A DNA stretch of 64,000 nucleotides. It comes from Eledone cirrhosa (lineage: Eukaryota). Positions within the stretch are counted from its first letter, which is position 1, and every line of letters begins with the position of its first letter. Shown here piece by piece: positions 1 to 12,324 of the stretch. A model generated the notes under the pieces. The model ran no database searches, was not told the DNA's origin, and was given only the letters and a program-made list of their open reading frames with translations. The stretch lies in NCBI GenBank assembly GCA_964016885.1, contig OZ024743.1, forward strand, positions 41,478,001 to 41,542,000, given 5' to 3'. The translations under genes and the position numbers were made by a program.

Positions 1-135
1 ATGTTGCCAATAAGAAACACACGCACCAGTTGCTTTCACTTCAATTTAATTTATTAAATATTTATAAATTTACAAATTTATAAATTTCTGGTTGGTTGGT
101 TGGTTCCACAACCAGATAGTTGTTTATATATATAT

Positions 136-180
136 AGTCATAGTTCTTTCGTCACACACTCTGTGACCTCTTCAGTGACT
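136..180 (-). ncRNA. minimal type I hammerhead ribozyme motif (mirror copy of 871..915)
   Basis: Reverse complement of 871..915. Confidence 0.7.
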
Positions 181-372
181 GGGGATTTCTTTCTTCGTTT
201 CTGTGCCTTTCCTTTCTTCTATCCTACGCCATTTTGTTTGTGTGTGGGTTGCGTGCTCAGTTTGCGCATGCGCCACATCCGGGTGTCTGTGTGTGTTTGT
301 GTTCATTTTTCTATTTTTCTATTTATATTTTTTTTTATTTGTTTGTTTATTTATTTATTTATTGTTGGTTGA

Positions 373-585
373 TACCTCCAAGATAATAAAGAATCATCTG
401 TACTCTACCAACATGCTAAGATAGAACACAGGGGTAAATTAGAGAGCATAGAAATAAAAATAGAATCCACACACAAGAAAGACGCAATGTTTAGGCAAAT
501 TACAGAGGCAGTAAGCATAAAAGAATTAAAACCAAAATTAAATAGAAAATATGAGTGGAACAGCAACATCACAACTTACAATTAA
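373..585 (+). pseudogene. C-terminal fragment of PLE GIY-YIG endonuclease
   Basis: Manual translation YLQDNKESSVLYQHAKIEH...FRQITEAVSIKELKPKLNRKYEW...* fits the S.L..H...H / R.I.EA..I....P.LN pattern of PLE GIY-YIG domains. Confidence 0.75.
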
Positions 586-870
586 GGACAAAATGAAAAC
601 ACACACACACATCGAACAAACAACTTACAATTGAAAACACACACAAAATGAAAACACACACACACATAGAACAAACAACCAACCAACAATAAATAAATAA
701 ATAAACAAACAAATAAAAAAAAATATAAATAGAAAAATAGAAAAATGAACACAAACACACACAGACACCCGGATGTGGCGCATGCGCAAACTGAGCACGC
801 AACCCACACACAAACAAAATGGCGTAGGATAGAAGAAAGGAAAGGCACAGAAACGAAGAAAGAAATCCCC

Positions 871-915
871 AGTCACTGAAGAGGTCACAGAGTGTGTGAC
901 GAAAGAACTATGACT
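871..915 (+). ncRNA. minimal type I hammerhead ribozyme motif
   Basis: agtca-CTGAAGA-g-gtcaca(gagtg)tgtgac-GAAA-gaac-TA-tgact. Stem I agtca/tgact, 6-bp stem II, conserved core. Confidence 0.72.
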
Positions 916-1299
916 ATATATATATAAACAACTATCTGGTTGTGGAACCAACCAACCAACCAGAAATTTATAAATTTGTAAATTTATAAATATTTAATAA
1001 ATTAAATTGAAGTGAAAGCAACTGGTGCGTGTGTTTCTTATTGGCAACATGACCCTCCCAAAGTATAACAATATCGGTTTCAACACACGATTTCAGATAA
1101 AGAATCTTGCTAAACAAATTCAGAAACGATATATATATATATATTTATATTTATTCAGGTTTGAGGTTCACCACTGTATAGAGCTGGTTTATTCCGTATG
1201 GTCAATCGTAATGCAATAATATAGAGAGTACTCAACGTAAAGCAGTTCAACCGTCTTTGTTTTTGTAGTTGGTGGTGCTATTACGGAGTTAAATATTAT

Positions 1300-1502
1300 A
1301 ATGAAATGACAGGAGGCTGGATTTGTGTAAATCCTTGAAAGGTTTATTATACTATGATCATTTCAATGACCGGGTTCCGTATGAATCCGGTGATATCACC
1401 TGATGATATCACCGGATTCATACGGAACCCGGTCATTGAAATGATCATAGTATAATAAACCTTTCAAGGATTTACACAAATCCAGCCTCCTGTCATTTCA
1501 TT
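1300..1502. repeat. perfect 99-bp-arm palindrome, probably a PLE terminus
   Basis: 1300..1398 is the reverse complement of 1404..1502 with loop cctga. CTGATGA...GAAA-tgatca-TA lies at 1400..1449, followed by AATAAA and (TA)n. Confidence 0.85.
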
Positions 1503-1504
1503 GT

Positions 1505-1588
<84 letters not shown>

Positions 1589-1914
1589 TATAAATATTGA
1601 TTGTTAGTTCTTGTATCTCATTCTGTTATTTTGCCCGATAAAATATCTATATGTGTCATTTAGCGGTGCGCTGATATGAATATTTTTTCATATCCAATTG
1701 AGGTCTTAGCACGTAGCTTGAATTCTTGTTAGAGTTCAACGACTTGCGCATGTATTGATTTTGGCGGTAGCCTCCTCCCTCCCATTGTCGGGACAATGTG
1801 AGATTTTCTTTAGAACTGCTGGTCTAACAACCTATCAGCTCCCTCAAACACTGATGCTGATTATCGCTAATTATTGATGTTGATTTGGTTATCAATATTA
1901 GTATTATTGGGTTA

Positions 1915-2037
1915 CCCACTGAAGATTTATAAGAGCCCACTTTAATAAGTATCTGTTGATCTTATACAAGCTCCTACATAACTTGGTATATTTTCAGCCT
2001 ACTTGTAGGAATCTTATAATGAAACGAGTCGTCTGGG
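1915..2037 (+). ncRNA. type I hammerhead motif with long stem II
   Basis: ccca-CTGAAGA-t-ttataaga...tcttataa-t-GAAA-cgagtcg-TC-tggg. Confidence 0.65.
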
Positions 2038-2191
2038 AAATGATATATTTGATATAACTCATATGAAATAATACAGCCAATTATCCGCACAATACAATAT
2101 AGTTAGCACCCCAAACGTTTAATTGGGAATATACTTAGGCATTTCCTAATGTTTGTTGAGTGAGTTGGAATTTGGCCGGAGTATCGCTTTC

Positions 2192-2303
<112 letters not shown>

Positions 2304-2453
2304 GGTCCATCTGGTTCCTTACCACATTTCCTTCGTTTTATATATATATATATACATATATATAATGAAAAATTTGAACAGGGACAGAACAGAGAGGCAG
2401 TACAATAAATGTTTATTAAATTCACGCTCAGGAGAGTGGGGGGTAGGTGGGGG

Positions 2454-2485
2454 ACGACGTTTCGGGCATAAGCCCTTCCTCAGGT
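2454..2485 (-). ncRNA. PLE-type hammerhead-like motif with weak stem I
   Basis: Minus strand ac-CTGAGGA-a-gggc(ttat)gccc-GAAA-CG-TC-gt, with AATAAA downstream. Confidence 0.5.
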
Positions 2486-3545
2486 GAGAAGTGTGTGGGA
2501 ACAGAGTTCAAAAGGTGTGTAGGGGAGTGGTGGAGAGACATATAGCGAAAGGAAACGGTGCGAATGAAAAATTAACAAATAAAGACAAAAAATATAAAAA
2601 AATAAAAATAAAGCATGATCAAGATACAAGGAATAAGAACATTTAAATATAAAGGCATGATCAAAATAAACTGAAATTAAAAGGGGGGTAAACAGGTGGT
2701 GGAAGGTGTGGAGTGAGTAGGGGTGGTGGCGGGTGGAATGGGGAGAGGGAGACGGGGTGTCCGAGCGGGGAGGGTTGAAGGTGGTGTGTGTGTGTAGGTG
2801 TGCGTGTGTGTGTGTGTGTGTGTATGTGAAAGTGAGGGTTGGGGGAAGAACGGGGTTGCATGTTCAGGAAGAGGTGTGTGTGGGAGTTGTTTTTGTGGGT
2901 CGGAGTGTCTGTGCGTGTGTGGATAGGGGGGTGGGGGGAGAGGAATCAGGAGGCTGAGGGTGTAAATATGTGGTGGGAAGCACGTGTGTGTGGGTTTTAA
3001 GCGTGTTGTGGGTGTGGGTGGCGTGTGGATAAAAAAAATGTTTTGGGTGTGTGTGTGGGTGAGTTATATAGGTGATGGCGTAAGAGGATGGTTGAAAAGT
3101 TGGTAAGTTCCACGGATGTTTGGAGATTTGGTTATAAGTCAATTTCGCGTGTGGGTAATCCAAGAAGCGGTGGTCGGAAGAGGAGAGATGTGGGGTGCGC
3201 GCGCAACAGGAAGTGGTCAGCAGTGGGAGTGCTGTGGTCAGTTGGTGCTGGGAGGTGGTGGGAAGGGCATAGCAGCAGTCGGTGGAATGGTAGGGAGGCG
3301 AGGATGGGTAGGTGTGAGAGTTGGAGTGAGGAGGGTGTGTGTGTGTGTGTGTGTGTATTAGTAGGGGTGTTAGTATACGGGGGTGGGGAGGGGTGGAATG
3401 CAGGTGTGAGTGGGGGTTAGTGGTGGTAGGGTGTGTAGAGTTGGTGGTGTACGAGGGTGTGTGGGTACGTGTGCGTGGGGTTGGGGGGTGTTAGTGGTGT
3501 TAGTTGCGTGTGGGGTAGGTGGTGTAAGTGGGTGCGTGTGCGCGT

Positions 3546-3622
<77 letters not shown>

Positions 3623-3933
3623 CTCTGCCTCTCTATCTGTTTGTCTGTTTGTCTAAATATCTGTCACCAGACTTCTATTGGGATGTGTGTTTCCTTTTCT
3701 GAATGTTTATCTTGTCCGAAGATGGAGACATTGGTATAAATGTGTAAGTAGATAAATATGGCTTGCCAGTCATTATTTGAACTAACTATAACACGAACTA
3801 CACAGTGGTATAGACAGCTCCTGCCCGACGTTCTTTTAGGTTTCCTCCCGGAGCCTTGACAATGGATGGTATATTTGACATATAGGCAATAATAAATATT
3901 TCCAAGGTAAAAATAAATGTTTTTTTTTTCTTT

Positions 3934-4066
3934 AGTTAACTTTGCCTTTCATCCTTATGGGGTCGATGAAATATATTTCCAGTAATGCAATGGCATCGAT
4001 TTAATCGACTTTCCTCTCCTCCAAATTACTGGCCTTGAGCCTATATTAGTAATACTTATTAATAAT
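3934..4066 (+). mobile_element. SINE 3' part (octopus-type tRNA SINE)
   Basis: gttaactttgcctttcatcctta.ggggtcgat...ctggccttg shared with 5152.., 61965.. and 63855.. Confidence 0.8.
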
Positions 4067-4514
4067 TATTCTAACACGTGTTCTATGCAACATAATAACT
4101 TTGGCATAAGAAATCGGGAATATTATTCAGTAGATTAATTCATACTTCCAGGGATGGTGTAGGCGTCGACATTTATACAATCGTTGCGGTAAGTTCATAG
4201 TTTATGTTTAGTGAGGATCCATGAATGTCGAGGCTTGGCATCAGTGGTTGATAATATATAGAGATAAGTCAATAAGTGACGAGTTATATTTTGGTTGTGA
4301 ACGAAACTATCAGAGACTGGTAATTTGATGTGTATCTAAACAATTCATAGGCAACATGTTGTCACTGTTGGATTTTAATATTTAAGGCTGGTCTGTGATG
4401 CGTGTTTAGATGCAATTTGCTAGTTGTGTTCCGATCGAAATAAGTTAATTTCTAAAAAACAAAGGTTAGAGTTATAGTATTGTCCCTTACATTGGTATCA
4501 TTCACTAAGAGATA

Positions 4515-5030
4515 TATTTCTTTATTTGCTACTAGGGCGCACAAGAAAAGGGGACAATACAAAGACATATGCCGGGGATTTTACAAACAAATTCAACAAT
4601 AGAAATCCCCAATAGGAGGGAGGCGTTACGAATGGGTTGTTTTATACCCCGTAGATAGAACAACCGTCAAGTCTAGGAGCATGTTGTGCAAGTGCTCCTC
4701 TCTTCCTTTTACTCTCTTCTTCAAACTACAGGTTTATATACAGAAGAGGCCCAATCACTCGGGCCATTTTTGCCACATTCACCCACATTTCAGTAAATTT
4801 ACTGGGGTGCAGTGCCTCTCTTTCCACTCTGATTCATTCTCCTTCTAAAGTGATACCTAAAGAAGGGAATGAGTTGTTGTCCGGAGGCAAAGGCATCTGT
4901 CCTCAGTCTTCTCAATCTTGTCCACCATATAACCTCTTTTATCTGAGCCAATATACAGAGGAAAAATGCCTCTTTTTCGTTTTTGAAAGAAGGTGGCGGT
5001 TTGATCCTTACTATGGACTCGGCAGTCCTA
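4515..5030 (-). mobile_element. 5'-truncated Tx1-like LINE with 12-bp target-site duplication
   Basis: Minus strand translates ESIVRIKPPPSF...KEVIWWTRL...IRVEREAL...WVNVAKMARV, homologous to the ORF2 C-terminus of the array copies. Ends aataaagaaat. cactaagagata at 4503..4514 and 5031..5042. Confidence 0.85.
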
Positions 5031-5151
5031 CACTAAGAGATAATTATGATGTTTATATGTAGTTTCGATGTCGAATTATGAGCAATAGATATACATGTTG
5101 AATATGGATAGATGATGTGTAGAGACATTTTCGTAAGAAACTGATCTTTTA

Positions 5152-5332
5152 TGGCAGTATCGGTAGAGAGTCGGACGCCATGCTTTGACGCATAGAGTTA
5201 CGGCCCTTTCCATTCTGAGTTCAAATCCCGTCAAGGTTAACTTTGCCTTTCATCCTTACGGGGTCGATAAAATAAAGTACTAGTAATGTACTGGATAATT
5301 GCTGGCCTTGTGCCAAAAGTAGAAACAATTAT
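5152..5332 (+). mobile_element. tRNA-derived SINE
   Basis: A-box-like TGGCAGTATCGGT, B-box GAGTTCAAATCCC, body shared with other copies in the window. Confidence 0.85.
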
Positions 5333-5583
5333 CTAATGCGTCTTAATTCAGAATCAGAGGGGCAGATAAGTCTTATCGATAGATTTATATTGAAGTTGAT
5401 TATATGGTCTTGTAGGTGGAAGGTAGGCTGCCTAGGTCTGAAAGGTACTATACGATTTGCAAGTCCTAATTTTTTGACAATCGCTTGTCCCTGACTTTCA
5501 TAATGACTGACTTATCTAATATTTTGTATTTGTTATGTAACTTCAGATATATGAATTTCTGAAAAAGCGTCATAGGTTATCCA

Positions 5584-5735
<152 letters not shown>

Positions 5736-5909
5736 TTGCATTGTACCGAGCAGGAAGATCACAAATCAGATTAGTACTTGATACGTGATGAGATACAGAG
5801 TGGATATATTAATGACGTAAAGTTCTGATCACGATCTCGGGCGCTTTCAAATTGAAGAGCTGAAATCGCTTGAGCTCACGGTCAGACTTTTACTTCCTCT
5901 CTCTCTCTC

Positions 5910-5998
<89 letters not shown>

Positions 5999-6258
5999 CA
6001 AAGGCATGTATTGAGTTAGAAACTCAAAATAGTCTCGTTACAATTAATTAGCTCTAGGAAAGAGGTTTTTGCGAGCCGTATAATTATAACTCAACAAAAA
6101 AGAAAAACGAACACATATACATATATGTGTTCAAATCGTAATGAACCAGATTCACCAAGGTGAAAAGAATACTAACTACAGACAATAGGGTTTGCTAGAC
6201 TCAATTTAAGAATAAATCAAGAAAAAAAATACAAAACAGAATTGTGCTAACTACCGAT

Positions 6259-6338
6259 CACCCGGACAGTTTTTATAATACTGTTTCGCAATATTAATTG
6301 TGAAGAGGAATTCGAAAATTCTAGCTCATCAGTGGCTG
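6259..6338 (-). ncRNA. degenerate type I hammerhead motif
   Basis: Minus strand cagcca-CTGATGA-gc...gc-GAAA-cagt(attataaaa)actg-TC-cgggtg. Confidence 0.55.
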
Positions 6339-6407
6339 AAGAATTATTAGTATCCTGGTCACTTCTAAATATATAAAAAAAAACTGGATAGTGTGCGTAT
6401 ATATAAC

Positions 6408-6475
6408 GTACATGGGAGTCGAACCCACATCTTTGGTTATCCAGACCACTGTGCTACCATTACACCAACACACCA
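6408..6475 (-). pseudogene. tRNA-like sequence (SINE head or pseudo-tRNA)
   Basis: Minus strand TGGTGTAATGGTAGCAC...TGGT-CTGGATA-ACCA...GTGGGTTCGACTCCCAT. D, anticodon and T arms pair; the acceptor stem is poor. Confidence 0.6.
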
Positions 6476-6476
6476 A

Positions 6477-6805
6477 CCATCTCCTTCCATTCAAATTAGA
6501 AGCTAGATTCTTAGCACGTATAAATGACAAGTAAGTATGTTTTGAAACAGTGAGCAGGTTTGAAATTAGAAAATAGAATAGCATTCACCGTATTTTTGAC
6601 TAAAGAAATGTTAGCCTGATAATGGGGTTTAGAACCCTCAGATAAATGGAAAAAGATGAGTATTGACGTACATGGGAGTCGAACCCACATCTTTGGTTAT
6701 CCATTCGATTTCCTAATTTCAAACCTGCTCACTGTTTCAAAACATGCTTACTTGTCATTTATACTTGCTAAGAATGTAGCTTCTAATTTGAATGGAAGGA
6801 GATGG
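6477..6805. repeat. ~105-bp inverted repeat
   Basis: 6477..6581 approximates the reverse complement of 6702..6805. A 38-bp direct repeat also lies at 6406..6443 and 6666..6703. Confidence 0.85.
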
Positions 6806-6998
6806 CCGAAGTCTATCAAAGTTACAAAGTTATATATATATAATATTTATCTATTTTATCATTTATTTCTAATCAAATCTTCTGGTGAAGGTCTAGAGTC
6901 CGAAACGTTATGTCACTTGTCCTGCCACTTCAATCGTTAAAGCAATATCATTTTTCAATATATTGTGTCGTTTGCTTTGGTATTTCTGTTTACCTTAT

Positions 6999-7036
<38 letters not shown>

Positions 7037-7094
7037 TTATATATATATGTATACTCAAATATAAATATATACTCAAATATATATATATACTCAA

Positions 7095-7177
<83 letters not shown>

Positions 7178-7239
7178 CATATATATATTTAAATCTGTAT
7201 ACACTCACAGACACACACACATAGACATATGTATGTATG

Positions 7240-7277
<38 letters not shown>

Positions 7278-7782
7278 TGGAAAATGTTAACAGGTCAACA
7301 TTGACGAACATTAGAAATAGCAATCGGAGCAATGTTTCAAAAGCATTTCTAAATGTTAAGTAAAACTCACGTATGTGATTCTCTGATCAATAATTAGCTA
7401 CTGAACTTTTATCCTAACATTATTTGACACTCTCAAACAACTGGACATATTGGACAAAACTCCACTTCCATCAGTGAACATTGGCTGCAATTTTCTGACA
7501 TTTGATATTAAAAGAATTATAGAAACCAAGTAATACATAAGGTGTAAGTATAAAGATTCCATTCGCTATTAAGAGATGTACGATATTTTGCTTAGATGAT
7601 ATACAGATAGTATTTACTGCAGACATTATTGAACTTCAACTCTGAGAATGCTTGAAAGTGAAATGTGATGCATTCTACCTTTGTCAGTTCAGAAATCGCA
7701 TGCTGCAGTTGTTCGAACCAGGGAAACATAACCGCATTCCAGTTCGTCTAAATTCTGTAACAAACCTTTTAAGGTTCGTTAG

Positions 7783-8032
7783 GCCGGTGCATATCCCGGT
7801 TTCAGGGCGTCAAGCGACTGAGAGTAAAAACCTTCCCCCTGGACAGGGTGCCAGTCCATCACAGAGTTAAACCCCCAGCGATTGCTGGGACTCATTTTCA
7901 GTTGAGTATACTGGAGCAACTTGAAATGAAGTGTCTTATTCAAAAACACAACACGCAACCCAGCTAAAGCATCGAACCCACGACACTATGATCGTAAGTC
8001 CAACACCCTGATCACTAGGCCACGTGCCTCCA
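7783..8032 (-). mobile_element. tRNA-derived SINE (second family)
   Basis: Minus strand begins GTGGAGGCACGTGGCCTAGTG...GGGTTCGAT (A/B boxes), followed by a SINE-type core (AAGACACTTCATTTCA...GATGGACTGGCACCCTGTCCAGGG). Confidence 0.75.
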
Positions 8033-9268
8033 CAATCAGATATATCTTTAAAATATTTCTGGGGAAGCTTGATTGTGATGCATTTTATGAGAAGTCTGGT
8101 CCTTTGAAATTACAGTTACATCTTATTTTCACTATCTGATTCGTTTGAAGCAATGTGATATGAAATACGTTGTTGAAGTACAAAACTCAAGGATCAGTCA
8201 CAGAATGCAAACTGCAACCCTACGATCATGAATCGAACACTAGTACATCTAATCCATGCGCCTCGCCAATTTGTTATACAGTGACAAATACTATTGTCAG
8301 TGAAATATCAGAGAAGCACGTTTTGAATATTGCGTGTATATTATGTTTTAACAATACACTAGAAATTTTAAACTTAGCTCATGGACACTAGGCTGGGAGT
8401 TACTGTGCTCAGTGATACGTTCCAACATCCCTTTCACATGTGAACACGGTTGGTTAGTTTATTCTGATTATGAGTATAAAGGAAGAGTTTTCTATTCCTG
8501 TCGCTGCCATATTTCACCTTATGACAATCTATTCGGCTAGCAAACATGAGTTTTACGTGTATTTCCAAGAGCTAATGTTTTCACATACACCGTATCTTGC
8601 TGAACACCCTCAGGACAAGGTTAACGATGCACGGGCTTATAGAATGCGCAGTGACATGCATGGTATTATAACGAGTAGGTTAATCCATTGATCAAACAAT
8701 TGGGAGACTGGGCATCGGAAGATACGGAAGGCCTAAACAGCAATGTAATTTATGAGGAAATTGTAATGTGCGTGTGTAGGGTGACACACGGAGATAATTC
8801 ATTTACATAAAAGGGGTCATCTGTAGTGGAAAAAAAAACAACCAATGTTGAAGTAGAAAATGTATCCCAAAATATATTATATTCCACATCGAATTAATCA
8901 ATACAGAAGGTATTTTGAAAAACGTCATTAGAAATGTTTTTTGAAGTTTTCGATTGATAAAAATTTAAGGTATGTATGTAAGTAAGTATGTATGTATGTA
9001 TATGTGTATCTATGTATGTATGTATATATGTATGCATGCATGTATGTATGTATGTATGTATGTATTTATGTATGTATGTATGTATGTATGTATGTATGTA
9101 TGTATGTATGTACGGGCTTGTGTATGTGCATAACTATATGCACATACATCAATATAGAAATATATATGTATAAATATATACGTGTAGATATATCACTAAG
9201 CATTTATATACACTTTTGTATATGTGCGTGTGTCTGTGTGTGTCTCTTTGCGTGTATATATGAATATA

Positions 9269-9325
<57 letters not shown>

Positions 9326-9475
9326 TGTCAATTTATATGTATACATATATATATATACATATATATGCATACATATAAATTGACACCTCGTCCGTAATCA
9401 TTATAGTTATATTTATTATCATCATCAATATTATTATTACTATTATACACACACACACGCACGCGCGCACGCATG

Positions 9476-9565
<90 letters not shown>

Positions 9566-10149
9566 ATTAGTTTAAGGGAGACATTTGTGTAGATCTATGC
9601 ATTGTAATGGGAATTTAAAGCTAATGTAAAAAAATAATAGCAATAAGCAGTAAGCCTCAATAAATAGAGAATTCGTTTTCGTTTGACAAGAAACAAGGCT
9701 AACACATTCTAATGGAGGCTTATACTCCAGTGAATAAGCCATAATATATTATTATTGGATCGTATTTCATCGAACTGGAAATGGATTAAATGGGAAATAA
9801 AACCAATTGATTTTGAACTAAAATCTTAATGGGGATATTTCAAATAATTTACTCCATTTAATCCGACATTCGAAGGTTTCGGCTAACATGATCCTTTCTC
9901 AATGACAATATTTATGAAATAATAAGCTAAATTTATTTAATACAATACAAAAAAAAAACATTATTAAAGTAATATATATATAAAGCGTATTGGATAGGTT
10001 CGTAGCAGTATGTTTCGATAAAATTAGTGGGAAGAACCTTTTATAAGGTTGATGGAAACATTTCTAACGTAGTGAAAACCACATTTTATATTAAAAAAAT
10101 GATGTAAAAAATGTTATAACGATGTGGGAGACATCAATTATGAGGTTGT

Positions 10150-12320
10150 AGGGAATATATTTTACATTGCAATGAGAAAGTACCTGTTACAGTTTGTGTG
10201 TGATAATGGGAAATGCAAGTTATAAGTTAGTGGGGGATATATATATCAGATATATCGAATCAAACACATTCCAGGTGTTACAGGTAAATATAACTGTAAA
10301 ATGTAATGTTAATGGTATGCCATCAGCTTGCAATCCAAATAGAGTGATCAATTTTATATATCATACTGCCTATCTAAAATCATATGTAGAAACATCTTGT
10401 GAATGTTAGTTACATTGGTCAATACTTATCTGGTGAAGATTGTGCTACAGATGTTTTACATTCCCACAGCAGAGCAGTGCAATACATACGATGGGTTACA
10501 ACTGTTAACTGACCATATTTACTTTGAAATGGTATTTGATATATTTCCGAATCCATGAATGGGGATTACTAACATAATTCTTTTTGTAATCAATTCATTT
10601 GGATATCTACGTTTATTATAACAGTACCAAGCTTTGATCTTGGGCAGGTAAGTTGAAACCATGACTTTCTGTCTTTAGCCCAGATCTACGTAGACTATGA
10701 TGAATGTGCTTCTGATCAAAACCAGCTTGTTTGCTGTGGGTCACATATTTGTCATGCAGAGATTTCTAACACCACCTCGATGTTAATTTGTCATGCCCAT
10801 GTTATTTAGCCATTAATGTTACGTTTTTGTAGCAACAATTGCCACAGTTCCATCAGTCTGTCCAGCCTGGTTATTTGCCATGAGATTCGTAGCAGTAGTT
10901 GGCTCTCCTTCAAGATCGAATGACACCTCTTACTGCTCTCATATTTTTCAACGTGTTTCAGCAACCTGTGGTTTGTTGCTTCAAGATATTTGGCTAGTCC
11001 AAATGTGGAGTATTGTAAGACAGTTCAAACTGGGTCCAGACACTGCCTCCTGAGTTCTGGAAAGGAAAAGACGATCCATATTTGCCTTTGGGAGGTGGCT
11101 ATCATTGCAAGTCAGCAACGTACGATTTTCTGTGTCCATTCAATTCATTTCACTGATATTTCACACCAACACATGGAAGCTATAAGTAACAACAGGAATT
11201 GCTAAGGAATGTATGGCTAACACCTAGATATGTCCATTTAGATCAGATTTCAGAACTTCTCGTACTCTCCTAAAACATTCCTTCATTATTTTATCTTTTA
11301 TGATTACAGGCAATATGCCGGTGCCTTCATTAAACCTAGGTATACCTAGGATTGATCCTGCTAAAGTTCTTTTATATCTGATTCAACATCCAGTTCAACT
11401 GAATTTGAGTTTATCAACTTACCTTTCATGGAAGTGGCCCTGGCACATTTACCAAGCCCACATTCTATTTGGGTGTCTTCACCGAATTCTTTCACAGTAC
11501 TTGAACGACCCTCAACCTCATCATTGTCTTTGCCATATCATTTTATAATATAAAAGAGATGGCTAATCTTCCTGTTGACAATTTGATATCAGTAACTTGT
11601 TCTCGTCAGTTTGACAGTAAGGGGTTTTAGAGGAATGTAAAATATCAGTGTTAGAAGTAAGTCACCATGGAAAATTCAACAGTTAGTGTTAATATTGTTT
11701 GAACTTACTACTCCATTGCTATTGTATAATTGGATATTCATATTCTACAATAACTCATATTTTAGAAGGTTTAAAATTGCAGGGGGAATTTTTAAAATAT
11801 CCAGCAATTTTAGAATCCGTGAATATGGTTTATTGACAAGCCATTTTGTAATGAATCCACGCGGGTCTTAGATTTCTGCGCTGGTTATGAAAGATCTCAA
11901 TAACATAGGATTAATTAAGAGTTCATCATTACATACTATGAACCTTGTCGGTACCCTTTTTGTTCAATAGGGAACATATTCTTCTTTCTAAGTGTATGTT
12001 TTCTCATTGATGGATGTTAAAACATTATAAGTGGTGGATATACAATTTTTTTTTTTATCTAGGATTTCATGATCGTTTTGTAGTAGGTACGTAATACCAC
12101 TTACTATCCTGTCAGGTGTTTTTTTTTGTTTTTTTTCAAGATTTATCATAATTTCAAGCTGGACTAAATGTTTTGTGTGCGGACGACAACGACGAAAGCT
12201 AGAAATTTCGCACTGTTTTATCAGATCTCCGCTTATAAAACTTTGTGAGTGACATCCTTTGTGCTGCTATAGAGATGTTGTCCCATGCTTGATCTTTCAA
12301 CCAATTGTAGGATTCATCTA
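10150..12320 (-). pseudogene. ancient degenerate R4/Dong-like retrotransposon
   Basis: Minus-strand peptides such as IVSGITYLL, NMFPIEQKG, DELLINPML and HLPKANMDRLFL are collinear with the intact ORF at 22986..26636. Many stops and frameshifts; boundaries approximate. Confidence 0.7.
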
Positions 12321-12324
12321 AGGA

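Larger units (their letters stand above)
1..1050 (+). mobile_element. 5'-truncated Penelope-like element (PLE) with inverted pseudo-LTR
   Basis: 1..371 is the reverse complement of 680..1050 and may extend beyond the window start. The spacer encodes a GIY-YIG-type C-terminus and each arm carries a hammerhead motif. Confidence 0.8.

Noticed and set aside
100-951. Mirror-image ORFs (MVPQPDSC..., MPFLSSIL...)
   Set aside because: By-products of the inverted repeat; low complexity, no recognisable domain.
6408-6475. Functional tRNA gene (GGA anticodon)
   Set aside because: Poor acceptor stem, no Ser-type long variable arm, partially duplicated nearby.
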